Shown: piece after piece, positions 50,073 to 62,189 of the stretch
Layout of the letters: every line of letters starts with the position of its first letter
How positions within the stretch are numbered: position 1 is the first letter of the stretch
NCBI GenBank assembly: GCA_030390025.1
Contig: CM059432.1
Span: 92,320,001 to 92,384,000 of the forward strand
DNA length: 64,000 bases
Direction: 5' to 3'
From: Squalus acanthias
Lineage: Eukaryota
The notes under the pieces: generated by a model
The model's input: the letters and a program-made list of their open reading frames with translations, nothing else
Databases searched by the model: none
Told to the model about the DNA's origin: nothing
Position numbers and translations under genes: made by a program

Positions 50073-51227
50073 GTATCTTCCTCTTCCATCTGCCAGCAGC
50101 TTATCTCCTTTGCTGCCTCTGCTTCATCTCTGTCTCTGCAGGGCTGCTTCATGCACAGCATAACGGAGAGCAAGAACGTCCAATTTAGCAGTCGTGGCGT
50201 CAAGTCAGGCATTGCACGCTGATTGACGTCACGATCTGCTTAGTTAAATTTGAGAGGTCGGCGCTGTCAACGGCAGCACTATGGCCCTTACCAAAATGGC
50301 AGCTGCCGTGTCCCACGCTGGAAGCGAGCCATTTTTTCTACAAAATGGGTCTTAACAGATAGCCATCGAAATTTTAGGCTAGTGACTCTTAGCTTGCGTC
50401 TTGAAGCATTCTAATTATGCATAATATATGTTGTAATACAATGCAATGGAATCAATACTTTATGCAGCATATATTGAGAATAAATGTTGTTACTATAGTA
50501 TTTTTATATTAGAACTTCTAATTTCACAATACTGTACAGTGAAGCTTAGTTAACTGCTCATTTAGTACAAAGAAATCCAGTTCAATTTATACCATTTTCT
50601 GATGAGAGCCACACCCAAACATGAACCTATGTTTCTCCTTCCTTTCCAGGTTTTTCAGTTTTTCAGATTTCCAACATTTGCATTTTTCCCCCAATTATAT
50701 CAAAGACTAATAACAAACATCTTTTTTTCCAAGCCAAAATATAGGATTTTTGCTATGAAGTGTACATAATATAACTGCTTTGGTGAAGACAATACCCAGA
50801 TTTAACTCTTTCCGTTTGGGCAAATAATAAATATATTATTAAGTAATCATAATGTATCACATGTACAGCTTCAAGTGAAATATGCTTCAAGTTGACAATT
50901 CATTTAAACATTAAATCAAACTTGAGCTCATTTATAAAGGTCTTGAAGAAGTCAGCTTTGAAAGAAATGTTAAATAAATATAAACAGTGTAGAGTTAATA
51001 GCCTCAATATGATGCTGATTATATTATGTTGCACAATGCTTGCAGTGGGATAGGGAGTCAAAAAAAATTCAATATCCCGTGATTTAATACCCGTTGTTGT
51101 GCACTAATGTACTGTTGTCATGTAGATTTATTTTTTGCTGTTGTGTGATGCAGTATTGCAGAATAGTTTAGTCTCTGCATTTAACTCAGCTCAAATTTTC
51201 ACGGTCATGATTAAATCCTAATGCTAC

Positions 51228-51400
51228 CTTTATGCTTGTGGCAGGCAGGAAATCATTCCTTATACCAGAACTATGGATCATCGAGTCTCTTGCACAGATT
51301 CACAGGCACTTCAGAGACACATACAGCAACTTACTGCTCCCAGCTTCACCGAATCAAGACTGCAATCCCTCTACTCCACCCACAAACAGCAGCACTGCAG
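51228..51400 (-). pseudogene. Decayed exon (possible end of CCDC142-like part)
   Basis: gcgttttAG| acceptor and AAG|GTAGCA donor. One frame reads CSAAVCGWSRGIAVLIR*...NLCKRLDDP*FWYKE. Confidence 0.4.
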
Positions 51401-52559
51401 CTAAAACGCAGTTTTTAAATCTTAGCATTTCATATTACTTCTACCAGGGCCATAATTAACTGGGTTATATTTTAGGTAACCTTTCTCTAAAATACTATTT
51501 GTAATGTTATTTTTACTAATAAATAATAATCACGTAATGTCTAGTATCCATAAGCCAACTAGAACATGTTCTTTTAAAAAGCTTTTAGCACAATAGCAAG
51601 ATATGTTAAACTAACATTTCCACCTTCAGTGCAGTTAGATCTGAATAGTCAGATGCTAGAATGGTGCAAGGTACCAATGTATTTTTTACATTAGGGTGGG
51701 AATGTAAAGAAATCAATGCAGCCCAGCATTTAAATCCATTGGGGTTGCATTCACATTTCATAAAATATGCATGGAATTTCTAGGAATCCAGTTCAGATTG
51801 ATTTTGGCTGGACTGAAAGGATGACATTAACTGCTTTTATGCTGTGTCAATTGCAATAGAGAGTCAAGTGGACTTTGAATAATCATATCCAACAGTATTC
51901 ACCATGGAAATGAAAGCAGCTTTTGTGGTAAGAGAGCAAACAGCTGATGATGATGATGGCAGTGGTGATGATGGTGAGTTTGGTCATCCCGTGAGATTCT
52001 TTGGACACACTTGCAAACCCAGGGCTAAATAAATGATATGTGCTGCTTATAATAGATAAGATCTTAATCAGATGATAGAGGTATGCTTTATACTAAATAG
52101 TGTATAAACAGCTGCAAGAAAGCTAGACCTGGTTTTTAGCCTCCTGGTTGCAATAGCTGAAAGCTAGAAACAGTGAAACAAATGAGCTGAAACTGAGATG
52201 AAAAGTGTCTCCACGTAGAGTTACCAATCATTACAGCACAACATTGCTGCTCAGAATTTGCCTGGACTTTCCATTTGCCACCTGCTAGCACCCATGAGGC
52301 TTTCTTGTTCACTTCTCTGTGCTTTTAGTCTGCTGACACCACTTTTTAATGATCAAAGTAAATTAGCTGAATGTTAAGCCTTGTTTCAAGCATATGCCAA
52401 CAATTCCAGTTAACCCGCAGCACCAGGGCACTAGTACAATTAAACACTGCAGAGCAACTGTAGCTCTACTCACAATAGATTCACTGAAAACCAAAATGGT
52501 TCTTTTGAGTTTGATTTAAGGCAGAATATAATACATGTAAGGGCGTGGCTGTAGCTCCC

Positions 52560-52764
52560 CCTCCCCCTCTGTGGTGCTGGAACATTGCCGCAAATGTATT
52601 GAAAATGTCCGATTTTTCGACAGATACGGTTCAGCACCACGGACAGCACATAATGATCGCGCAAGAAAAGCACTCGGAAGAATTTTCAGATGTTATAAAA
52701 TCTGCTGCTTCCAAAACATCAATTATTGATGTCAGACATTGAGCATCTTGCATGGAATGTTCCA
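52560..52764 (-). pseudogene. Decayed exon (CCDC142-like)
   Basis: cctctttttccAG| acceptor. Reads EHSMQDAQCLTSIIDVLEAADFITSE, frameshift, then FFRVLFLRDHYVLSVVLNRI. Donor unclear. Confidence 0.5.
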
Positions 52765-53074
52765 CTGGAAAAAGAGGGGTGGTCCAATATTGATTTGCAT
52801 TTCAAACTGCATACTGGCACTTTGTACTTTAGCATCATTGGTGGATCAATATTTAATGCCCGGAGATCCAGAGAATGCACCAGTCATGTCAAGGGACCTT
52901 TTCAGCCAATCTGCTTTGCTTGGCAGGTGATTATTATTCATAGAAGTCTGCCTGTGTTCTTTCCTTTCGAGAGCTCCACACTGCTGACTCAGTGCCTTAT
53001 TCAGTCATCTCTCTCTACGCTGCTGTAGCTGGACCCCTTTCCCTTCCAGCCTCTGAGCATTTGCATCCTCCACC

Positions 53075-53093
53075 ATGTCTAAAACAGCAATCG
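53075..53093 (+). CDS. Candidate first coding exon of an unidentified plus-strand gene (MSKTAI, phase 1)
   Basis: CCTCCACC-ATG context, 19 coding nt, then G|GTAAGA donor, in a transposon-poor island. Confidence 0.4.
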
Positions 53094-54059
53094 GTAAGAA
53101 TTCCTTACTTTTGTAATACACCGTGATTTTTCTCAGCAGAAAATGTAGTGTATTCAAATATAGATTTTTTTTATATAATTAAATCTCTACTTTCTTTTAT
53201 GCTGTTCTTTTTTTAAGATTCTGTAGCTTAATAGATCTACTAATGGCTAAATGAAAAGTAAATTTTCAGCTTTACCTCTAAAATATTTGGTCTAGTAGTA
53301 AAATGCATTCAAAAATACCCAGACAAGAAATGAGAGCAGCACCTTGAAAATGATTGACATTAGTTCTATTATTTGTAATTTGTAGTAATTGTTGTAGTTG
53401 TAAATGAAATAACATTTCTATCACCTACAAAGAAAACCTCTGAGGTTTTAGAAGCTCCATTAGATGTCCGACATTAGTCTAACCAAAGATAGTAACCTTA
53501 TACAGTGTTTGTTTTATTCTTTTTATAAGATTGGTTTATGTTTCATTCCTTACTGGGATGTGAAATCCTTAAAATCTTCAGAGAATAAAAGTGCATTTGT
53601 GCATTTGCAGTGGTGTGCTTGCTACGTTTTTTTGACAGAACACAGCACAATGCAGGCAGACCCCACCCATGTGGCCATTCTTTCAGCATGGAGACACAAT
53701 TTAAAATTCATCAGCTTTTATGTTACCTGGCTGAGATTCCTTTGGGAGGGATGAAGACTAATAACATAGAAATTGCTGATTTTACAAAAATAAACATCTA
53801 TTAAGTTATGAAATTCTAATAATCATGAAAATAATCTTAAATATCAGATTAAATGTACGTGAACAAGTGTCTGCAGAATTACAGTTCACCATTTAATAAG
53901 TGGGAAACTGTATGAAAGAAAATGATCAAATAATCCAACTGCTGCAATCTCTTGTTACTCACAATTAGCAATGACTTAGAAGGAAAGATGCAGAAAGATA
54001 TTGTGTTCGAAATCTACCAGCTGCTAATTGGAATGTTCTGTCCTATTATTAAATACTAC

Positions 54060-54587
54060 CATCTGGGATTTTCGATAATATGAACACATCTCTGGAATTA
54101 GTTCCCTCTTTAGAGACAGATGTCGCCATCCAAGCTTGTTCAGCGGATGAGGAAAAGAGGAAATCTGTATGTAAATGAAGTATATAGTGACTAGCAAAGA
54201 AGGTGGTGGAAAGGGTGGGGTGCTTATTCTGAGACGGAGCTGTATGCAAATACATTGAGACTAAACTCTGGGAGAGCAGCCAGCCCTGCAGTGCTTACAG
54301 CAGCAATCCCTCCCCACTGCACCAATCTGGTAATCAGTATTGATAATTTGTAGTTGGTGAGAGACTGATCACTGCAGAAAGCCCTATTAAGAATTCTGTT
54401 GCCATGGAAAGCTCTTCTTCGATTGATTAACAAGCAGTTCATAAATGGCAAACAGCAGTTTCGGCTAAAGACAAGGCTGCTGGAACTAGTAGCTAAAGAA
54501 GGCCACCGATGTGAATCAAAGTTCAAAGCAGCTGAAACACCAGACATGCTTTGTATTTGGATAGCCAAAACAAGTCTCAGGTGGTGT
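54060..54587 (-). pseudogene. Decayed exon (CCDC142-like)
   Basis: ccttttttttctcctAG| acceptor. Long frame HHLRLVLAIQIQ...LITRLVQWGGIAAVSTAGLAALPEFSLNVFAYSSVSE*. Confidence 0.6.
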
Positions 54588-56208
54588 CTAGGAGAAAAAA
54601 AAGGAACAAGGTTATATAACCCCATCATTATCACTATGTATATTGTTAACATCACTACTACAGGTACAATTTGACAGGAATTAAACCTTTCTCCCACATC
54701 CCTTGATGTAATACCTTTGGCTCAGTTGGTCTTTAATCTTTGCATTGTTATTCAACCAACATTTTGGCAACTCATTTATATAATGATGCTGTTAGCATTC
54801 TGAGGATTTTATTTTCTGGAAAGTAGTTAATTCTACTCTTCCTCTTTCCTGTGCTATTAACATATTTTGTATATACTATGCAGCAGCTTAATCTCAGGGA
54901 ATAAAATATATAAATCCAAAATGTATAATATTGTAATCTTATCATTCAGAAATACAAGTCTTTAGAACAGATTGATTCTTGATATGGAACAGAAGTATAT
55001 ATCCCATTAACATAATTGTATATCAAATGCAATTATTACACAATTTAATATATGCTTTCATTGGATTATTTACCTCCCCTTGCAAGCCATAAGCCATCAT
55101 TTAACTGGGAGGGCAAAGTGGTCTGGGCCATTGACTTTTCAACAACCACTGTCCATGTCATTCCATGACCAGCCACCAGGTAGTGTAATACAGACTCAAA
55201 TTAACTGTCACCTCATTCAAGACAGGACACCATGCTTCCACATGGTGCTCATTCTTCTGGACTGGCTGGGAGCTGGTAAAATTCACCTAGCTGAGGAAGG
55301 TGATTTCAAATAATAGGCAGCCCTGGGATTAAACTCTCAATTTTTTTAATATATAAATCACTGGGTCAGTATAAATCAGAATCTAATTTTATCAAATCTT
55401 TTAGAGAAAAATTCTACATCAATTCTTGCACATTTGACATTTTCTTTTTAATCAGTATGACCTTGAAAAGAGGTCATTGTATGTAAGTGCATGATTAAAA
55501 TCTGATCTTATTTCAATCCTCACCTCCCAAATCCCCATTTTCTTTTTTGATGTTCAAAATATTATCAGCACATTAATTTATGTTTACTCAAAACAAAATC
55601 AATATGGGGTAATTTATTTTAGTTACTCACATGTCATAAATACTAAACTTATTGGGGAGGGACTGGATTCCACCTGTATTGCTCTCATTTCAGGTATAAA
55701 ATGAGATTATTTATGCTGATTCAGAAAAAGAAAGACTTTTTTTGGATTGTAGTTCAGAAATATTGATCCAGCAATCCCTTTCTGTACTGGAACTCATAAT
55801 AGCGCCATATCATTGAAAGAACGTCACAGAAGTACCAATCAGTAAATACCCAAACACATCAACTGCTGTAAAACTAAGGATTTGGGGCCATCTATAGTTT
55901 GCCACAGATTGATCATTACTCTTGCTATTTTGTCCTTTGGGCATTAATAGGTTCTATAATATAGGTGTGTGTGTGTGTATGTATATGTATATACTCCTAC
56001 ACTGTATTTCCATGCCAATATACTTCCCTTCCAATGTGGTTGACACTTAACTGCCCTCTGAAGTAGCTTAACAAGTCATTCAATTGCATCAAACCGCTAT
56101 CAGTGATTCAAGAAAAAGGCTGACCACTACATTCTCAGAACAACTAGGGATGTGCCAGTGATGCCCACACCCCGAGAATGAATGAAAAACAAACTTGCAA
56201 ACCCTTAC

Positions 56209-56694
56209 ATTTTATTTAGCAGACCTTAACAGAGAACTGTATTCATTTAAATTACCACATAATCCCAAATATTTTCAAAGGAACTTGCTTCTGTCTTCCA
56301 TTGTTTGTGTTCTACGCCATAAAACTGCAGCTCAGTAGTAGCTATGAAACTGGCATTTTCCTTAGAATTCCTCCTGAAGTTCTCCTCTAGTGACATCACG
56401 AAGTTCTCCTCTAGTGACATCACGAAGTTCTCCTCTAGTGACATCACGAAGTTCTCCTCTAGTGACATCACGAAGTTCTCCTCTAGTGACATCACGAAGT
56501 TCTCCTCTAGTGACATCACGAAGTTCTCCTCTAGTGACATCACGAAGTTCTCCTCTAGTGACATCACGAAGTTCTCCTCTAGTGACATCACGAAGTTCTC
56601 CTCTAGTGACATCATAAATGAAAGCATAGGGCTGAAATCATTTTTATGATAAGATTTAGGATTATATAGTAATTGACATAGATACAATTCTCTT
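56209..56694 (-). pseudogene. Decayed exon containing an in-frame 24-bp expansion
   Basis: ttatttatAG| acceptor and |GTAAGG donor. Reads RELYLCQLLYNP...MMSLEENF(VMSLEENF)9RRNS...FENIWDYVVI*. Confidence 0.55.
56376..56614. repeat. Perfect tandem repeat, 10 x 24 bp (GAAGTTCTCCTCTAGTGACATCAC)
   Basis: Period 24 from 56376. The last unit lacks its final base. No spacers. Confidence 0.97.
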
Positions 56695-57017
56695 CTATAA
56701 ATAACATATATAGGAAACAACAGTCTCCTGAATAATGCAAGAGTCGCACATTTAGATGGAATGCATGGTGATGTGCAGCATTACAGGAAATTATATATTT
56801 AACAAAATGTTTCTGCCTTAATGAAAGTAAGTTCTAATTTAGTTGATGTTCTCCATGAAGATAATGCTGTTAAAAATTTCACCAAAGGAAATTATAGAGC
56901 AGGATATAAAGCATTGATATGTAAAAAAAAATTACAACTGAAAGAAAAACAAAATGGTAAAATATGTTTCATAACCAACGAATACAAATCAACAACTAAC
57001 TGCATTTATATAGAACA

Positions 57018-57140
57018 AAAGCAAATTACTACGATATTGGAAATCTGAAATAAAAACAGAAAATGCTGGAAATACTCAGCAGGTCTGGCAGCATCTGTGG
57101 AGAGAGAACATTTTGGGTCGATAACCTTTCATCAGAATTG
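57018..57140. mobile_element. Penelope terminal fragment with a degenerate hammerhead-like motif
   Basis: GGAAATCTGAAATAAAAACAGAAAATGCTGGAAATACTCAGCAGG. Minus strand reads CTGATGA-AAGGTT-ATC-GACCC-AAAA. Confidence 0.75.
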
Positions 57141-57790
57141 AAGCCTTTAGCCTTCACAGTTGTAGGTCCAACTCAAACAGGAACAGCAAGGAAATAAGTG
57201 GGGAGGGGGTGGTGGCTGAAGCAATAGGTACATTTTCAGATATCTTTTGAAAGTGGGGAGAGATGTAGTAAGGCAGATAGCTTCAGACGAGAGATCTGAA
57301 ATGTGGGGACAAGGTGGCTAAGGGGGAATACACAGCAGGTTAGAGCAGGAAGTACAGACAGAGCTGGAAGAAGTGGCAAAGATAGGTGGACTGAGGCCAT
57401 GGACGGATTTGTAGATGAGGATGAAGATTTTGAAATCAATATGCTGAGGAATGGGAAACCAATGGAGGTAAGCAAGGGTGGTAGATGAATAGGTCTATGT
57501 GTGGGATAGGAGGTGGATGGCAATATCCTAGATGAATTGAAGTTTATGGAGCGCGGAGCTTGGGAGGCTGGTGAGAAAGAGATTGGAAAAGTCAAGTCCA
57601 GAGGTAACATGAGGGTTTCGGCAGCAATGGAGTGGGGAAAGGAATGAAACAAGTGCAGCTAGGAGTTGAACAGGACACTGAGGTTGCATATCATCAGATT
57701 GAGCTTGCGCTAGCATTCAGGAAAGGGGCTGGGATTAGGGGCTGCAGGAGTACAGGGTATCGTGGAAACTGAACAGGATTGCTTTCAGTT
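57140..57790 (-). mobile_element. Old L2-type LINE fragment
   Basis: SGLDFSNLFLTSLPSSALHKLQFI, and LHWFPIP...FKIFILIYKSVHGLSP. Confidence 0.75.
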
Positions 57791-57808
57791 CAAGAAATTA
57801 CAGAAGTG

Positions 57809-59074
57809 TGTTGAGATTAGCTTATCACTGGTCTTTCAAATAATCAGGATCGAGTGCAAACCAATATGGTGGGTATATTGTGTTTAATCAGAGTTTAAGA
57901 AGGAACATAACACACTAGTTATACAGCAAAAACATACGACCGTGACAAGTAGCTGGTACCGGACCCGATCGGACAGACGGCTGGCGTGCACGAACAGCTC
58001 TTCTTCTTCCTCTCTATTCCTGAACTGCCCAAGTGTGTTAGACTGAAGTCAGCATTAACTCCACTCTCAGGACTCCTTTCTTCACCGTCTGTGCTAAGGG
58101 CTTTCCAGGTCGGTCTGTTGTTCTCTTTTTAGGGGTGGACCTGGGGCAGAATATTGGCAAGACCATTTAAGCTATAGAGGTTCCCCTTAAAACAAAGTGC
58201 CCAATGGTATGTCAAGTTCTTTGTTTAAGCCATGGAAAAAGGGTCAACCCTCCTATTATCTTCCACCTGCCGGGTCCTTTTTAGCCATTACACATGGTTT
58301 CTGTACCTAGCCAATCATGGCGTTACAGCATGTTGAGGACTGTTTTTCCCTTATCTCATCCAGTGCTTTCCTTCCAAAACTATAGTCTCTTATCTCATCC
58401 TGTCTTGTCCTCCCTGGTCTGGAGTCAGCAACTCCACATTCCAAGTTCGGCCTTCAGACTCCTCCAGTCAGAGACCCCATTGTTGGAACTGCTTGGTATC
58501 AATTATTTATATTCATGCAGCTGGCCGTGCAAACTAACTATTTCATTTCATTATCAGACTATTGTACCATGAAATGAATCATTAAATTCCCAAAGATATC
58601 CTCTATTCTATGCCCTTATACTAATTAACTTCTACATATCTTCGCAAGCAGTTCTATTAAATGAACTCCAATTCCTACCTTAGCATTATAATATGGTTAT
58701 TAGTAATAATGGGAGAAACATAGGTTGGGCCTTAGTTGGCCAAATTAAAGGTACATTAAACAAAATTAAAATCCTAACTTACAAACAACAGACAGCTAGC
58801 CTGGGAGGCAAGGCCATATGTGACTGCCCCTGTGTGGGATGTCATGCATTTTCCACTTAATCTCATACCAGTCTGAAGACCCTTTGTCTCAAGCTCTAAT
58901 ACAAGTTTCCAGGAAAATGAAACTTAAGCAGTTCCAGTAAAACACAACTTATACATTAAACCCTTACTTGTCTCGAGCTCTAATACAATCATTTAAACAC
59001 AGTTTCAAATAAAAACAGCGTCACAATTTCATTCGCATAACCATACACATTTTAGGTACCCCTAATTTCTAACA
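57809..59074 (-). mobile_element. 1.27-kb solo LTR
   Basis: TGTTGAGA...TTCTAACA termini. 4-bp TSD AGTG (57805-57808, 59075-59078). Minus-strand ATTAAA near 57885. Internal duplicated motifs. Confidence 0.8.
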
Positions 59075-59149
59075 AGTGTAGTCTATACTGAATTGCCCCA
59101 TAACCCAGAAAGTTAACCAGTTCACTAAAACAGAGGACTTTCAATACCC

Positions 59150-59500
59150 TGTTAATTCCATTTTATGTTTTAAAACTTCTAGCTGGAGCTAGCCTGGAGA
59201 CGGATATTTTAGGGCTGATTTTCCAAGTGTGTATTCGTGGTGCTGAGGTTTTCCCGCTGGAAGTACAAGGGCATACTTTCCACAATTTTCCAATCACATG
59301 GGGAGCACATCTGTGACTTCCTGATATCTGTTTCCAGGCTCTGCGCCAGAAGCATGTATTTAGAAAATTGCCTTTTTGTGTTGAATTCCATCTTGTATAA
59401 CATCCTGAAGGTTCTTTTCCAGTGATGACATATTGGGACGATGGACTGTGAATATTATTCACACTGGAGTGGAACTTCATCAGGTCACATGAAAGGTATT
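59150..59500 (-). pseudogene. Probable decayed exon (a second candidate lies at ~59605-59760)
   Basis: attttgcatAG| acceptor at 59500. Protein-like frames with stops (..KIVESMPLYFQRENLST..). Confidence 0.35.
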
Positions 59501-60247
59501 CTATGCAAAATATCTGCTTCTAAGTAGGGTAACCAGAAGTGACTGAGAGACCATTAACTAAATTTATTGAATTTACAATTATGTGGCAATTCAATAGATA
59601 TAACCTCTTCTTTAAACTTGGAAACCGAATAAAGGTTAGTTGTAGTGATAACAAATGTAAATAATAAGCACATCGTTCAACTCTAGGCTCAATTCTGTGA
59701 TCTGGCACTCTCCATGGGGCGAGGTGCTCGCAGAGAACATATTGTGGGAAATTACAGGTCAACCACCTGTGATTTTCCATCCATTAAAATTGACCAAAAC
59801 TCCTAAACAAATAATGTAGGACCAGAGCTCACCAGTACAAGGTGAGCTATCACACCTATCAGTAAATTCACTAATATTTTGCTTTTAAAAAAATAACCTC
59901 GTAGTAATCAATTTGATACAAACATGAATTATATTTGCATCATTGTACAAAGAGTTGTGCCTCTTTTATATTTAAAAAGACTTTCAGCTATATTTTCCTC
60001 TATTTGCCACTTACAACTACTTTGTCATTAAAATGATCATGGTAAAATATAACACTGTGTTAGCTTGGTAGGTAAGTGCTTTAAGGTGTGGTACAATATC
60101 ATACTGACCAGGAAGATCCAAGCACCAATCCCTGGTCTGTGCTGTGATAACACATCTCAGCCAGTATGACACTAGGATTACTACAGTTGGCCTCAAAGCT
60201 CCTAGGCTAGAGAGGTAATAAATGATTGAGGGTTACTGCTTGTGAGC

Positions 60248-60561
60248 TAGGGTTGCCAACCCTCCAGAAATTTCCTGGAGTCTCAAAGAATTCAAGATTA
60301 ATCTCCTGGAGACTGTTCAAGAAATCCAGGAGAAAAATGAGAGGGGCATTAAAAAAATATTGCTTTTTTTCATTTTCTTTGAACATTTTTGTTTATTAGT
60401 TATAAAGGAGGGGGGAAAAAAAGACTTGTTTGACTGACAGTCAAGCATCATGCAATGGTAATGTGTGTCTGTTGGCTTTCCAATTGGCGTGGGATGTTTG
60501 GAGGCAGGAGGTCATGTGATGAAACCTTCTGGAATATGTCTAATCAGAGTTGTCAACCCTA
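60248..60561. mobile_element. hAT-type MITE
   Basis: TIR TAGGGTTGCCAAC / GTTGTCAACCCTA. 8-bp TSD TTGTGAGC / TTGTGATC. Confidence 0.85.
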
Positions 60562-61038
60562 TTGTGATCACCTGTTCGAAAATGTATGTGGGCAATAGGA
60601 CAGAAGTGGGACTGGCTGTGAGGCCCTCCATGGTTACATAACATTCTGACACTCTATCTAAGCTCAAACATAAAGAATTGTGGGTTACTGGGCCCTACCA
60701 GCACCGATGGAACATAATCATCAATCACTACCTTCAGAAGAGCAGGAAAGAAAGGGGGTAAAATTGGAGAGGCGGGGAATAAAAGGAATGTGTTTTGTTA
60801 ATGTTTCCAACACTGTGGATGTTTTAATTGTATTTCTTTTTTCATTTACTTGACGGTAAGTAAAAAGGAGCAATGAGGGCATGCTTGTGGAACAGCAAGT
60901 CACTGCTCAAACGTGCTGTGCCTCAAGGTGCCAGGACTTAGCCTTGCATCTGTGATTCCCCATGAGGTAAGTTCACAAATCACATTTTTAAAATGCTTCC
61001 CATCGAGAAAAAGAAATGGAAAAGTAAAGTCAACTCAC

Positions 61039-61211
61039 CTGCGCCTCCCTGAATCAACAGATTAGAGTGGTGCTGCCGAGGCCTGAAAACAGCATTTTGT
61101 TCCATTACCCATGGTTCTGTTGTGCAGCAACCTCGAACAGGAAGAAAACACTCAAAATGGAGGGTTATTGACACAAAGGTTTGGAAGAATTTTGTCAACT
61201 CAGAATCTGTT
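61039..61211 (-). pseudogene. Probable exon of the minus-strand gene
   Basis: Consensus donor CAG|GTGAGT. Open frame TDSELTKFFQTFVSITLHFECFLP...HHSNLLIQGGA. Confidence 0.4.
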
Positions 61212-61966
61212 CTGAATATGTGCAGTTAATGATTTGAAACCTCAAATAATTAAACTGTCCACAATGGGGAAAACAGTGAAAAAAGAAAGGATGCAAAACA
61301 ATTCCTTTAGATGTAATTAATAACTACTTTTTCTGTACGTTGGTCGTATTGCTGGAGTTTATTACAAACTAATAGTCTACTGATCTTCTAGCAGTTCCAC
61401 TGAAAATAAAGACAGTGGGAATCGGTGCAATGGTTCATAGCCAAATAACTGTATCCCATTTTATTCTTATTATCTGATGTTTCCAGGAGGGGAAAAATCA
61501 ATAAATATGCATTGCTTTTTAAAAAAAAAAGAAAATTCAAGGTTCTCACAATATTGACCAGGTTTATTTGAAATCCTGATCCAAATCCTTTAGCATTGAG
61601 GAGGTTCTTAAATACTTGAATAGCCCATCTATAATACAGGATCCTGCTTCAGAGTAGGGTCATGGTCAAAATGATTATTGTAAATGACAAGAATTAATAA
61701 TTACTATGAAAAAATAATGGCATATAAATTTCAGATTGTTGCTCCAGAACTCTTGTTAAAATGTTTGGTTTTGAATCCTATTTAGGTCTGGTTATAATCT
61801 TAGGAAGCACAGATTTCATGTTGGAAATAAAACTAATTAACACACAAGGGAATAGACCTGTTCCAAAAGCAAAATACTGCAGATGCTGGAAATCTGAAAT
61901 AAATCAGAAAATGCTGGAAATACTCAGCAGGTCAGGCAGCATCGAGGAGAGAGAAACAAAGTGAAC

Positions 61967-62160
61967 GGCCGGAATTTTCACAGGAAAAAAACGAGTGGTT
62001 TGGCGGCGAGGGGGAAGTGAAAGTTGGAAAAATCTATAACCCGACCTCAACCCACCTCCAACCCGCCAACTTTCACCTTTTACTCGCCGAATTTCTGAGT
62101 TGCCCGCCGTCTTGTGGGTCCCCCCACACCGTGCAGGTGGGAAACAGGAAAATCCAGCCC
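61967..62160. mobile_element. Short Harbinger-type MITE inserted into the Penelope terminal repeat
   Basis: AAC TSD (61964-61966, 62161-62163). Ends GGCCGGAATTTTC / GAAAATCCAGCCC. Confidence 0.8.
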
Positions 62161-62189
62161 AACGTTTCAGGTTGATGACCTTTCGTCAG
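62161..62189 (-). ncRNA. Minimal hammerhead-ribozyme-like core of the Penelope terminal repeat
   Basis: Minus strand reads CUGACGA-AAGGUC-AUC-AACCU-GAAACGUU: CUGANGA box, stem II, GAAA, palindromic AACGUU. Stem I is disrupted by the MITE. Confidence 0.65.

Larger units (their letters stand above)
47463..50380 (+). mobile_element. Degenerate Harbinger element with a Myb/SANT-like partner gene remnant; hosts LINE insertions
   Basis: SSVTPTTWLQCPKKFHDL at ~48730-48785 (Myb/SANT-like QC.KK..DL). Acidic EEGEESEEEETPSL block. End GAAATTTTAGGC at ~50368-50379. Confidence 0.6.

Noticed and set aside
56376..56614. 24-bp repeats as a CRISPR array or a real repeat protein (ORFs 56344-56649, 56390-56617)
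   Set aside because: There are no spacers. The plus-strand ORFs exist only because the unit lacks stops in those frames.
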